From assembly GCF_004010195.1 (NCBI RefSeq), contig NC_057728.1, positions 40,488,231-40,533,796 on the forward strand: a stretch of DNA of 45,566 bases, written 5' to 3'. The translations under genes and the position numbers were made by a program. Every line of letters begins with the position of its first letter. Positions within the stretch are counted from its first letter, which is position 1. Under the pieces are notes generated by a model. It had not been told where the DNA came from and ran no database searches. It worked only from the letters and a program-made list of their open reading frames with translations. Shown here one piece after another: positions 25,538-37,149 of this stretch. Origin of the DNA: Chiloscyllium plagiosum. Taxonomy: Eukaryota.

Positions 25538-25750
25538 TTAAATAGCTCCATAGAAGCCAATATCCATCACCAAGTCACCCTTTATTTACACATGGGCAGT
25601 CTTTGACACTGATCCAGTTCTCTCAGAGCCAGCTCTCAGAGTGAACAGAACCTCTGACACTGCTGTTTATATTTGTCAGCCAGGTCTCCATGATTGGACA
25701 ACAGTCTCAATCAGGAAACTCGTTTTCTATGAGGTCCATCTGGCTGACCA
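25538..25750 (-). mobile_element. Solo LTR (same family as 1150-2732), truncated by a PLE
   Basis: Shares tttgacact...ctcagagccagctctcagagtg...gaggtcca.ctggctgacc; AATAAA and TATAAA on the minus strand. Confidence 0.8.
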
Positions 25751-26915
25751 TGTGTAGTGGGGTCGCTTGTAGTGTGACTTGAACCCAAGGTCTCGGTTGA
25801 GGCCTTCGCAGCCTGCAACACATTTTCAGTGAGGACGAGCACCTCGCCAAGACTTTCCCCACACCTCCACTTGTCAACTTTAAACAACCACCAAACCTCA
25901 ATCAGATCATTCTTCACAGCAAACTGTGTGGCTTTCAGGACAACACCATACGACCCTGTCATGGCGAACGCTGCCAGACATGTCAGAGTGTCAACACAGA
26001 TACCACCATTATACGTGGGGACACCACCCACCATGTATGCAACAGGTACTCACATGACTCAGCCAGCGTTGTCTATCTCATATGCTGCAGGCAAGGATGC
26101 CCTGAGGTATGGTACATTGGTGAGACTGAACAGAGGCTACAGCAGTGGATGAATGGACACTGCACAACAATCAACAGACAGGAGTGTTCCCTTCCAGTTG
26201 GAGAACACTTCAGCAGTCCGGGACATTCGAACTCGGACCTAGAGTGACCATCCTCCAAGGCTGACTTCGGGACAGGCAACAATGCAAAGTGGCCAAGCAG
26301 AGTCTGATAGCCAAGTTCGGCACCCATGGGATCTTGGGTTCATGTCACACTACAGGTGACCCCACTGCACTGCACTACACACACACACACACAAACACAC
26401 ACACGCACAGATATAGGTTTGTGGGGTGATTGTGGTTCTGATCGCCGAGCTGGAAATTTTTGTTGCAAACTTTTCATCCCCTGTCTAGGTGACATCCTCA
26501 GTGCTTGGGAGCCTCCTGTGAAGCGCTTCTGTGGTGTTTCCTCCGGCATTTATAGTCGCATGTCCCTGCCGCTTCCGTTTCAGCTGTCCACTGTAGTGGC
26601 CGGTATAAGAGGGTCCAGGTCGATGTGTTTGTTGATGGAGTTTGTGGATGAGTGCCATGCTTCTAGGAATTCCCCTGAAATGCTCCTGATGTATGGTAGT
26701 GTGGCTAGTCCTTTGGGTTGCGGCATGTCCTCGTTCCGTTGTCTTTCTCTTAAGCATCTGTGGATGAAATTGCGCGGGTATCCGTTTTTGGCGAATACCT
26801 TGTACAGGTGTTCCTCTTCCTCTTTTTGCAGTTCTGGTGTGCTGCAGACTGGGACAACACTACCATTATAGGGTAAGCCAAACAAAGAACAGCCAGGGAA
26901 TTCCTAGAAGCATGG

Positions 26916-27042
26916 GTTGCTGGAAAAGCGCAGCAGGTCAGGCAGCATCCAGGGAACAGGATGCTGCCTGACGTCCGAAACGTCGATTCTCCTGCTCCCT
27001 GGATACTGCCTGACCTGCTGCGCTTTTCCAGCAACACATTTT
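26916..27042. mobile_element. Fold-back PLE mini-insertion
   Basis: 18-bp duplication gaattcctagaagcatgg at 26898-26915 and 27043-27060; same family as 1209-1357. Confidence 0.9.
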
Positions 27043-27216
27043 GAATTCCTAGAAGCATGGCACTCATCCACTAACTCCATCAACAAACACATTGACCTGG
27101 ACCCAATATACCGGCCACTACAGCGGACAGCTGAAACTGACAACCGGCAGCAGCAGGGACAGGCCACTACAAATGCCGGAGGAAACACCACAGAAGCGCT
27201 TCACAAGAGGCTCCCA

Positions 27217-27257
27217 AGCACTGAGGATGTCACCTAGACAGGGGACGAAACGTTTGC
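27217..27257 (+). ncRNA. Minimal type I hammerhead ribozyme motif (family B pLTR)
   Basis: GCA-CTGAGGA-T-GTC(acctagacaggg)GAC-GAAAC-GTT-TGC: intact core, stem II, palindromic ACGT stem III, 3-bp stem I. Confidence 0.75.
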
Positions 27258-27709
27258 AACAAAAATTTCCAGCTTGGCGAACAGAACCACAACAACGAGC
27301 ACCCAAGCTACAAATCTTCACCCAAACTTTGTGGGGTGAATTTGTACTTGCAGAATTACATTTTATTTTGTTCAAAAACAGCATAAATCCATGCAAGATT
27401 TGGTAAATGCCTTTCTTAGAAATGGAATCAGTCTGAACATTGGGGCACAGATAGCCTCACACAGGGCACCTCACACCTTCAATGCATTATCTGAGCCAAT
27501 ATGGCACCTATTGTTAAAATTCACTTGAGAATGTAACTTCTAAAAAAAGTTCTGGAATTTATATATGAAAGAACTGAAACCAACATGGTAATTCTAATCG
27601 ATGAGAGACTTAACAAACAATCCAGGTCTTTTTCTATATATAATTTCAGTTGCAAGACACTGTAAACCTTTGCTATAAATCCTGTGTTTTACGATCATAT
27701 ACTTCACAA

Positions 27710-27745
27710 CAACCTGAAGAAGGAGCAGCGCTCTGAAAGCTAGCG
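27710..27745 (+). ncRNA. Minimal hammerhead-like motif (family A pLTR)
   Basis: CTGAAGA-A-GGAGC-AGC-GCTCT-GAAAG-CTA; palindromic AGCT stem III. Confidence 0.6.
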
Positions 27746-27835
27746 CTTCCAAATAAATGTGTTGGACTATAACCTGGTGTTGTGTGATTTTTAACTTTGG
27801 ACAGGAAAACACAGCCATTATTTGACATCTCATCC

Positions 27836-28456
27836 GATTTCTTGGGAGAATCCTGCTATCTCCTGAAAGTTCTTAGTTCCCAAGAATCATTTTGCTGCAT
27901 CTTCATTAGTATCAACCTGCATCCAAACTCCCAACAAAAAGGAATTATATAAGAACAGGCAACTCCAGGATTCCTCACTAGACATTGGCATTGCGAAAAT
28001 TAATCCTTGCTTTTGTATGCTTAAATACACTATCCTTTTTTAATCCTAAATTTAGATTTTTATGATTCATTTAAAAATTAGATTTCAGAAACAGAGGATT
28101 TTTGTTGAGGGGGGGCATATTACAACTTATTTGAAAGGAAAAATAAATAAAGTTAAAAAAAATTTGAAACAGTGTCTCTGACAAAGCAACACTCCTTCAG
28201 TCCTGTAAAATTAGTTTAGCATTTCAAACTTATTGGCACAGTTTTAATTCCTGTTATCTCAGATCTCTTTGCATTCCATAAAAGAAGTGATTTTTATTTT
28301 TTTTTTAAATCTATTTATTTTTCCTTTGTTGCCTGTTCTTATAGAATTCCTTTTTGTTAGGAGTTTGGATGTAGGTTGATGCTAATGAAGATGCAGCAAA
28401 ATGATTCTTGGGGATTAAGAACTTTCAGGAAATATACAGGATTCTTCCAAGAAATC
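27836..28456. repeat. ~128-bp inverted repeat pair with ~365-bp spacer
   Basis: 27836-27963 is the approximate reverse complement of 28328-28456. Confidence 0.9.
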
Positions 28457-29449
28457 AGAGTTTGAGAATGGTGGTGACTAGAAGCAGGGTTTAGCAGAGT
28501 CTAGAGCTGATTGTTGCCTGTTCCAAAGTTAAAACACAAAGAGAAAAATCTGTTTTAAAAAAGTAAAACTTAGAAATCAACATACTGGGTCAGTGGGAAG
28601 CTCCACTTTGAATTATATGTGTCAGACTAATATTTGTCATTCATACATTTTACTGCTTTTTCCTTCTACAAGGCTGTGCAGTTAAAACTGTTCAAGATGA
28701 GAAGTTTCAGTTATTTGACAGGGTATCTAGATGGGCCAATGCAACCCAATAAGATGGTTTTAAACTTTCTGGGCTATATTATTTAGTTTTTTAGAAGATA
28801 ATGTACAGCTGTTAAGTACCATTTCGTAAGCAATGGTTTTCAAGATTTTTTCAAACCAAAACCAGCTGGGGAGAAACTGTATATATTGTTCCTTTATATG
28901 GGTTCCACTGCAATATCCACATGACGAGAGGTGTGAATTACTGGAATTTTTGATAAGCAGCCATCTTGCCCACTTTGTGTTAAAAAGGAGTAATTTCACA
29001 TCGAGCAAGAGTCCCAAAAACAAAATAAACAAGACAGTATACTTCTAAAAGAGTGATCTCTCTTCAAGCCTTGTGAGCATGTGCTGAGTTGTCTGATCTC
29101 AGTTAGGATATTAGAACTACAAATATTTCCAAGAACTGGACTAAAAGATGAAAAAGCCTTTCCAAAGATCTCTTTGGAAAGTTTGTACAATGGTAAAGTG
29201 AGGACAAAACGAAAGGTGTATGATTTAAATATATATTTGTATATCAGCTTTTTGGAGTTGTATTACAAACCAGTAACATTCAGGTATTTTCATAAAGGGG
29301 TTTAAACATGAATTGGATCAGTTTTACTGGAAGCATTACTTCCAAACCAGTATGCATCAGACACAGCAGGTGGCTGTAAGGACTTCTGGAAGTGAATGGA
29401 AGCTTGTTTATATTGGCGTTTATGACAAAAGAAAGAGAAAACTTTAATC

Positions 29450-30085
29450 CATCTTTAGTAGAATCTAGAAAGAGCAAGTTTTTAAAATTAGTTTAAAAGA
29501 GTTTTGGTTCAGATTAAGGAGATCTGTTAAGGGTGAGTAGGATGTATTCTATCTCCTAGAAAAGTAGAATTATTGGGAATGGTTAAGAAAATGTGTTACT
29601 TTACTGAAAGAGATTAGTCGAGACCAGGAGTGTTTTGTTAGAACTCCACAGATTTTTAAAAAACCAACAAAATCTAAGCTCCCAGTTTTTAAAAAATATT
29701 CCAGGAAAAGGATTTCATAGCTCACAGGACAGGAAGTGAGAAGAAGCAATTAAGACAGACCTGCAGGTTGAAGTGGGAAGAAGAAATCTTTCTGGATCTT
29801 GATTAGCTGTAAAGTAGTAGTGTTAAGAAATAGATGGGACCTTGTTTAGCCATGTGTTTTGAAATCTCTCAAATTATGTTAGATTTGGATAGCTTGGTTT
29901 GGGTTGTTTTATTTTCATTTATTTTGTGTAATAAACATTTGTTTTACTGTTAAAACAGAATCTATAGCTTAGGTTTCAGTTAAAAAAAACTGCCACTATC
30001 ACTTTTTTTAAAAAATGATCTATCAAGCTAGGTGTCATTCTTGAAACTGACTTGATCAGTAGTAACATCATGTGGGTTCATAGTA
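29450..30085 (+). mobile_element. Probable old long LTR (3' part); 5' limit unclear, may reach about 28600
   Basis: AATAAA near 29930, T-rich U5-like stretch and an end (ctgacttgatcagtagtaacatca...tcatagta) resembling shark LTR termini as I recall them. Confidence 0.4.
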
Positions 30086-33000
30086 TGCCCAATCTGCTCC
30101 CTGTAATAAAATAATCTAACACAGTATATTCCAATCTCATGCTGATCACATTTGAAAAGACATTTCATTGGTTGTATAATATCCTGAAGTTGTGACGGAT
30201 GCTATACAAGTGTGTTAGATATCTATTAATCCCTGTGAAACGTAAACATTTATAACTCAAATTTGGGGAGAAAAGGGGGAAAAAGCTATCAAGATTCATC
30301 ATTGACAAATTTAGGCACAATACTGGTTTTCTGATGGTTTTGTCTCCAGAATTTCTAAACATTGATTAATCAATTTCTTTTCTCACAGAGTTTCATTATT
30401 TTGTATTCATTAAGGGAAAAAACATCATGAATTAGGAATGTCAGAAAGACCATCACCAATCAATAGAGTAATCATTGCTTTTTTAAAAACTGTCAGTTAA
30501 CTTATCTTCCAAAATGCGAAACCTATTGAAAATGATCCTGCTTTTATTTTCTGCCCAGACCATGTGGGACTTATTTTTGTAACAATCTCAATCCATGTTT
30601 TCTTCAACATTGAAAGATTGCGCTGTTCCCCAACAGCAGCTTTACTTTTCTTTTGTTCATTGGCAACAATTTCACTCTACTATTTTTGCTTTGTAGTTGA
30701 GGCAATAATTTGTGTGAGTGTCATGAATCTAAAGTATTATTGGCATGCTTTTATTGTGTGATATGGTAACGCTATATTGAAACAGGATTTGCTGAAACAG
30801 AGTGAATATGTTTAATATTAAAATACTCATTTGTGCTGGATTCAACCATAAAATGTTTAATCTAGAAATTTAAATAAAACAGAAAGCTAATAATGTGGAC
30901 ATGTTTATTTTCTTCACATTTTTGTTTGCTCTCAGTTACTTGTCCATTATTACAAATTAACTCTGCTATATTCCGAAGCAATAAATTATCTTTATTTCAA
31001 GACCAAAAAAAAACACAGCTTAGGCAGAAAGGACATGACTGACAAGCCTATTTATTGAAAGGATTAAGAGTCTAAATTTCAGCTCAAATTAGCAACTTAA
31101 TTATCAACTCTAATTTTACATGTGTTTGTAAGTGTGGTCCAAGATAAAAAAAAATGCCAGCTCTCTTTAGTTTAGCAAGCAGGATGTCTTCCAATTTATT
31201 CTGGTTTCTGCATTTCACTTACACATAAGAATCTGGAACTAGTATCCAGTCACTTGCACTTGAAAGCTATCACTCAAAGTAAGAATGGGTCAATTGCATT
31301 AGATAGTGCACATTGTCTGGATGGCTTCAGTAAACTAACAGCTGGGTTCTCTTATACAGAATCAATAGAAGTCCAAAGTAATCTATTTCTGGCTGCTCTT
31401 TTGACCTGAATAGGCTATAAATGTTTGGTCTATTGCTTTTTTTTACAATGAATGTTCAGTAAGCAATACAAAAGCTTCAGTTGAATATGGTTCAGAATGA
31501 AGGCAAAAAATAAAATATTTCCCAATATATGTGAAAATCAAATTTAAAGTTGCAGCTAACTTCCATTGAACTAAACTTAAGATAATGAATCTTCATTAAT
31601 TTATTTGATTAAGTGCTGCATTATATTCAATGCAGATATGTATATAAGAAATTAAGCCATGAGGAAATATATGCAGTGAGATCTACTATTTCCTATAAAG
31701 TTAATAAAATTAGACAATAAGTGACTGCACTGTTCAATGAAGACTACAGATTCTTAATTCCAAATCTGTATGAATATCAAATTCAGTAATATTTACCAAT
31801 AATAATATTTAGCAAAATTTTATTCCAATCAACTCAACAAAATTGTCCAGGCATTATTAAACGTGAATACTTTTGACATGATTGTTATGCCTTTGCTAGC
31901 AATTACCTGGAAACTACAATGGAAGAAAAAAAAATTCATATTTAAGAGGAAATTCATTCATTTTTGACACTGTAGTATTTTATATGATGGTTACAAAGAG
32001 TGATAAAACATGCAAAAATGGCTAAATGTCTTAAGATATATCTTCTTTCTTGTATTCAATCTTGAAGGTTTACATTGTTTCACTCAAGATATTACTGAGA
32101 ACCTAAAGTGGTTGCTTTTACTGTTAAGATGTTAATATTATGACTGTAAATGTCATAACCTTTTGTTAATACAATTCTAAAAGTTGTCTGGAACATGTGG
32201 TGATCTATAAAATACACCTCAACTTTACAATCTGCTATGGGCAAAATAGTCTCCCATTTAGAATCAACAGAATTTTACATAAACCAACAAGTGAATATGG
32301 ATGAAATATTGCGCTGATAGAGTATGAATACTGTTACAAGAAAGCTGAATCCATTTCACCTCAGTTACCCTTGAAAACTAAATAAAGGTTAAATGCAAGA
32401 AAATGATGGAAGCATTGAACAGGTAGATGACCCAAATGATCTCAAGAATACTTGAAAAATCAAAGGTTACCAAGCTTTTGTGTGGTTGCTGTGTTTGATT
32501 AAGGGTAACACAACAGTCTTATTAGCAAAGCATCTTCTTAGTGTCTGCTTTCCTTTTACCAAAATAACACAGAGACTGTTTTTAGTATGAATGGCAAGAT
32601 TTCATTAGATTTTACATTCTCCACCCTACCGGATTTTGCCAGACCAAATATGATGGTTTATAACTTGGCCTTAATACAAATCATGAAATTTGTCTTAAGC
32701 AAATCTCTAGCAGGCTACAATTAAAACACTAAAAACAAAGAATTACATTATATTTTATACAGTTAGGATAAGAGTCAAGCTGTTTTCATTGGGTTTACAG
32801 ATTCAATAATAATCACAAAAGGCTTTCCTGCCAAGCACTGTCTCAGCATGTTGCTGAACTCTGAGGAGAGAAAATCCTAATGTATGTACTTGAAACTTTT
32901 AAACTATGATAGTTAGCAATCATTAGATCATCATGGTCAAACCACTCAGACTTTATCTTTCTGTATCTTGAAATGCAGGAGCTGGAGCTGCCTTGCATGA

Positions 33001-33719
33001 CAGTACTTAGTCTCTCAGATGCCAAGGCAGACAAGGGGAAATTGGCAGCCAATTTACAGAAAGGAACCTGATGGTGCTGATGGGCTGAGCCATTGTAGAG
33101 GAAGATTATTCTTTGCCCTCAAAACATCTGGAAGAGGTCACATTGCCAGACGCTGTCAGCATGAACGCTCCCCCTTGGGCAGACCACTCAGATTGACTGT
33201 GTTCCATTCCCTTGAGTGACCAGATCCCTGACTGATATCTGTACAGCTCCCTGCCTTCCCACAATTCCTGAGACTGGACCTAAAGGGCTGACTGTGGCCT
33301 GCTCCTCAGACTGCAGAGGTACATACCCACTAACTGTGACTGCCTCGAATGATGCATGATCATGCAAGCCGCTGCACTGATGTCAAAGGCTGCCCTCTGC
33401 TTACTGTGCCGGGCCCTCCTGACTGATGGGTCCTCCTTGGACTTCAATGAGGATCACTTCCTTTAGACTTTGAGACTAGACCATTTGCTTCAAGCCAAAT
33501 GTAGTGTGTTTGCCATGTACTATGTGGCACATAGTGCAATAGCAATAAGCTGGACAACAAAATATCCACCTCCTTGACTGGCGACTGTTGACAGGAATGG
33601 ACAAACTGCCTAGCTTTGTGTGCACTCTCAGAGGTAAGGCAATATAACAGATCTGAGACCTTAAACTCTGGCACGTGGGGAAAAGTGTTCCAAGATTATT
33701 CAAGGAAAGGGATATTGTG

Positions 33720-34208
33720 AGCATCCAAGGAGCTACAAACCTGTACTCCAAGGTCTTTTTGTTCAGCCACACTCCCTAGGAACTTACCATTAAGTGTTTA
33801 AGTCCTGCTAAGATTTGCTTTCCCAAAATGTAGCACCTCACATTTATCTAAGTTAAACACTGTCTGCCACTCCTCAGCCCATTGGCCTATCTGATCAAGA
33901 TCCCATTGTAATCTGAGGTAACTTTCTTCACTGTCCACTACACCTCCAATTTTGGTGTCAACTACAAACCTACTAACTACCTATTATGCTCACATCCAAA
34001 TCATTTGTGTAAATGACAAAAGTAGAGGACCCAGCACCAATTGTTGTGGCACTCCATTGGTCACAGGCCTCCAGTCTGAAAAACAACCCTCCACCACCAC
34101 CCTCTGTCTTCTACCTTTGAGCCCCTTCTGTATCCAAATGTCTAGTTCTCCCTGTATTCCATGAGATCTAAGCTTGCTAACCAATCTCCCATGGGGAATC
34201 TTGTCGAA
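33720..34208 (-). mobile_element. CR1 RT fragment
   Basis: FDKIPHGRLVSKLRSHGIQG...RQRVVVEGCFSDWRPVTNGVPQ..VLGPLL. Confidence 0.92.
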
Positions 34209-34254
34209 CAAGGTCGATTGGAGATATGTTGTGATGATTCACCGAGTAGACAGA

Positions 34255-34965
34255 TAGGAGGATGGAAGAACACAGCAAACCAGGCAGCATCAGGAGGTGG
34301 AGAAGTCAACGTTTCGGGTGTAACCCTTCTTCAGGAGTGGGGGTGGGTGTTGGGGGAACTTCAGATAAAAGGGGTGGCGGGGGCAGGGTGGTGAAGTGGG
34401 GATAGGTGAAGACAAGTGGAGAGTACGAGCTGGTTGGTCAATGGGAGGAATGAATGCAGTTGGTGGCAGGGAGGAGGAAGGGGTGGGAAGGGAGTCGGGA
34501 GGTGGCAAGGGAGGTTATTTGAAATTGGAGAACTCAATGTTGAGTCCTCCGGGCTGTAGGCTGCTCAGCTGGAAGATGAGGTGTTGTTCCTCCAATTTGT
34601 CCTTTGGTCTGTTGTGGCAATGGACGAGGCCAAGGTTGGTCATGTTGGAAAGGGAATGGGAAGGCAAATTAAAATGGGCGGTGACTAGTAGGTCCAGTCG
34701 GCCCTGTGAGCCCGACTGAGATGTCCAGCGAACCGCTCCCTAAGTTTATGTCTGGCCTCCCCGATGTACAGCAGACCACAACGGGAGCATCTGATGCAGT
34801 AAACTAGGTTGGAAGAGAGGCAGGTGAACCTCTGGAAGGAGGTGAGGGGGGTAGGGAGGGGATGATGTTCTCGGTGGTGGGTCTAGTTAGAGTTGGCAGA
34901 AATGGTTAAGGATGATGCGTTGGATGCGGAGACTGATGAGGTGGTCAGTGAGGACAAGGGGGACC
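34255..34965 (-). mobile_element. Penelope-like element (GIY-YIG end and pLTR)
   Basis: Minus strand encodes LVYCIRCSRCGLLYIGE and a terminal LQPGGLNIEFSNF; hammerhead-like core near 34320. Confidence 0.88.
34305..34337 (-). ncRNA. Minimal hammerhead-like motif
   Basis: Minus strand CTGAAGA-A-GGGT-TAC-ACCC-GAAAC-GTT; intact core and stem II, weak stem I. Confidence 0.65.
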
Positions 34966-35265
34966 CTTCTTCACTACCCTATCTAACTGCGACCAGATAT
35001 CTGCTCTGACTTTCATGTCAGGATTCCTCAACATTTCAATTCTATGCAGCATGTGGTAGAATAGCAACCGGCATATTAATGAGGTGATATTTGTTGATAA
35101 TGAGGGTGATAATGACTGATAATCCCTGTTTATAGTCTTTTCACCACTGAATAGCAAAAATCTAATCTCAACGTCTAGAGGTCTTTTGAAAATTGTGACA
35201 CGTTGCTCGATGATGTCGAGAAAGAGCTCCTTGGACTGTTCACACAATTCTCCCAGATTTCTCAC

Positions 35266-35287
35266 CATAAGCCACATTGTTCAGGGC
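35266..35287 (-). CDS. Candidate 22-nt micro-exon (ALNNVAY)
   Basis: tcttttcag|gccctgaacaatgtggcttatg|gtgaga; short pyrimidine tract. Confidence 0.2.
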
Positions 35288-35609
35288 CTGAAAAGATTCC
35301 ACTCTACCTGTTTGCTACTTGTTATTTCTCCGAGTGAATGCAATCTCGAGGACAATGGCAATTTGATCAATGCCTGAGCTCACTTAGAGCTTTATCTTCA
35401 ATAAGTAGTAAGCAGAGTTCAACAATTTCAAGTTAGTGCTAGAGTCACTAGCATTTCAGCCAGGAGTCACAGATTACCAAATAGGTCAAAGACACAAGTG
35501 GTTTAGAAAGTGTTTACTTCAGAAGCAACAACCTAGATGTGATACATAAGCTACGTAGACAATCATGGAGAGTGGAGGCAGATGACATGTCAAGCCATAA
35601 CACTGTCTG

Positions 35610-36070
35610 ATAGATACCAAAAATCTAACAACGCTATTTTGGAGAAGAACAGAGCAATTATTCCTGATGTCTTGCCCAATATTTATCTCTGTCCTGAATC
35701 ACTAGAAGAGATGATGTGGCAATTGTCTTATTAAATCAAAACTGAAAAAGCTGCAGATGCTGTACATCTGAAACAAAAAACAGAAATTGTTGAAAAAGCT
35801 CAGTAGGTCTGGCAGCATCTGTGAAGAGAAATCTGAGGAAGGGTCACCTGACCTGAAATGTTAATTCTGATTTCTCTCCACATATGTTGCCAGACCTGCT
35901 GAGCTTTTCCAGCAATTTCTGGTATTGTCTCATCATTGTTTGTGGGACTTTGCCATGCAGGAGTTGACACTTGCTATTTCTACATTATAATAGGTGCCAC
36001 ACTTTCAAAGTCATTGGCTGGAAAGTGCTTTGTGATGTTCAGAATGTGTTGCATAAATCCAAGCTAAAAC
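35610..36070 (+). mobile_element. Deu-domain SINE (SacSINE1/AmnSINE-like), decayed, interrupted by a PLE mini-insertion
   Basis: ctattttggagaagaacag...cccaatatttatc...ttgtttgtggga...ctacatta...cattggctggaaagtgctttg...ataaatccaag follows the Deu-SINE body and tail pattern. Confidence 0.7.
35733..35923. mobile_element. Fold-back PLE mini-insertion (older subfamily)
   Basis: Inverted arms cagaaattgttgaaaaagctcagtaggtctggcagcat / atgttgccagacctgctgagcttttccagcaatttctg around CTGAGGA-A-GGGTCA..TGACCT-GAAATGTT; flanks attgtctta / attgtctca. Confidence 0.82.
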
Positions 36071-36511
36071 TTTTCTTTCTTTATAGGTTAGGTTCAAACA
36101 TCAAATAATTTGAACAGTTTTTATTAGAACAATAATAACACAAAGACCAGTATTGTACAATGCAATTATTTTCAGCCCGCTACTGTTTGATGACGTGAGG
36201 GCTGAACTTTAGTTCCTTTGAGGTACCTTCAAATTATATAAGCTGCAAATGGTCTTTGTTCAGCACTCACATCTGTCAGCTATTTAATTAACATTGTTCT
36301 GAACACTTTCTTGAGTGTGCTCTTTTACATTTACTGAAACAGTGGAGCTCTCACAAAGATAATTAATATGCACCACCATGGTTAGACTGGACTGAATATT
36401 TAAGCACTAGTTATACATTAACCTCTCTATACAGACTGACTTTGTGATGGATTTTGCAATTTTCTCAATGACATAAGTTTTCATATTTTACAAAATACCA
36501 TGGCCACTTAC

Positions 36512-36557
36512 AGGTGTAAACATGACGTTCCAATCATTTTCATTCCAATCAATTTGT
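36512..36557 (-). CDS. Candidate 46-nt internal exon (QIDWNENDWNVMFTP, or KLIGMKMIGTSCLH in the other open frame)
   Basis: Strong acceptor ttttgtatttgtgctactgtttttctgaaacatccctcttcag and donor CCT|gtaagt; non-repeat context. Confidence 0.4.
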
Positions 36558-37149
36558 CTGAAGAGGGATGTTTCAGAAAAACAGTAGCACAAATACAAAA
36601 CGGTGACCACAGCTGATCAAAATATATTTTAAGACATGAAATCTGATGTGCCCTGGGCCAATACAGCAGAATGTGGAGGAAGGCTGGTTCTGTTATTGCA
36701 TGAGAAATTCAGAAGTAAGTTCAGTGCAACATTTGGTGGATTTATAATACAATCAGCTCAATATCATGTCAATTCCAGGTTCCGCAGTAATGAAGACATG
36801 AATAATGCAACCTCAGTTCCAAAGGCCCAATCCAAAGGTGAAATTTGGAAGCATTGGAGTTAGTCACAAGAGATGATGAGATGTGACAATAGGATCAGGA
36901 TGCAGAAAGGTTTGGTCTGCTTCAATGATATTTCCCATAACATACTGCTGGGAGGTACAAGGAGCCACAGTAATGGGAGGAAGAAAAACATTGCTGCTGT
37001 CACAAGGATGGTGTGGCTAATGGTGGCCCAGGAGGTGAGCAGCAGTAGCATTGTGCCATGCTTCTGGGTTCAGTGCAGAACTCACTTTTATAACCTAAGT
37101 GGTTTAGAAAAGGTAAGTACAGTTGCACATTCGCCAACACCCTGCTGTT

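Larger units (their letters stand above)
26430..27327. mobile_element. Penelope-like element family B, inverted two-arm structure
   Basis: 12-bp duplication tttgtggggtga at 26418-26429 and 27328-27339; minus arm encodes FAKNGYPRNFIHRCL...ATLPYI; plus arm encodes EFLEAWHS and carries the pLTR. Confidence 0.9.
25751..27800 (+). mobile_element. Penelope-like element family A with short inverted 5' segment, interrupted at 26430-27327
   Basis: VVYLI.CRQGCPEVWYIGETEQ GIY-YIG; (CA)n; collinear with 42575-43760; 25751-25804 is an inverted copy of the region near 26325-26375. Confidence 0.9.

Noticed and set aside
26326..26871. 181-aa plus-strand ORF
   Set aside because: It crosses a (CA)n tract and a transposon junction and is antisense to PLE-B coding sequence.
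35179..35337. Protein-like plus frame RSFENCDTLLDDVEKELLGLFTQF and overlapping 110-aa minus ORF
   Set aside because: No convincing donor site or recognisable homology; the minus ORF runs into repeat sequence.
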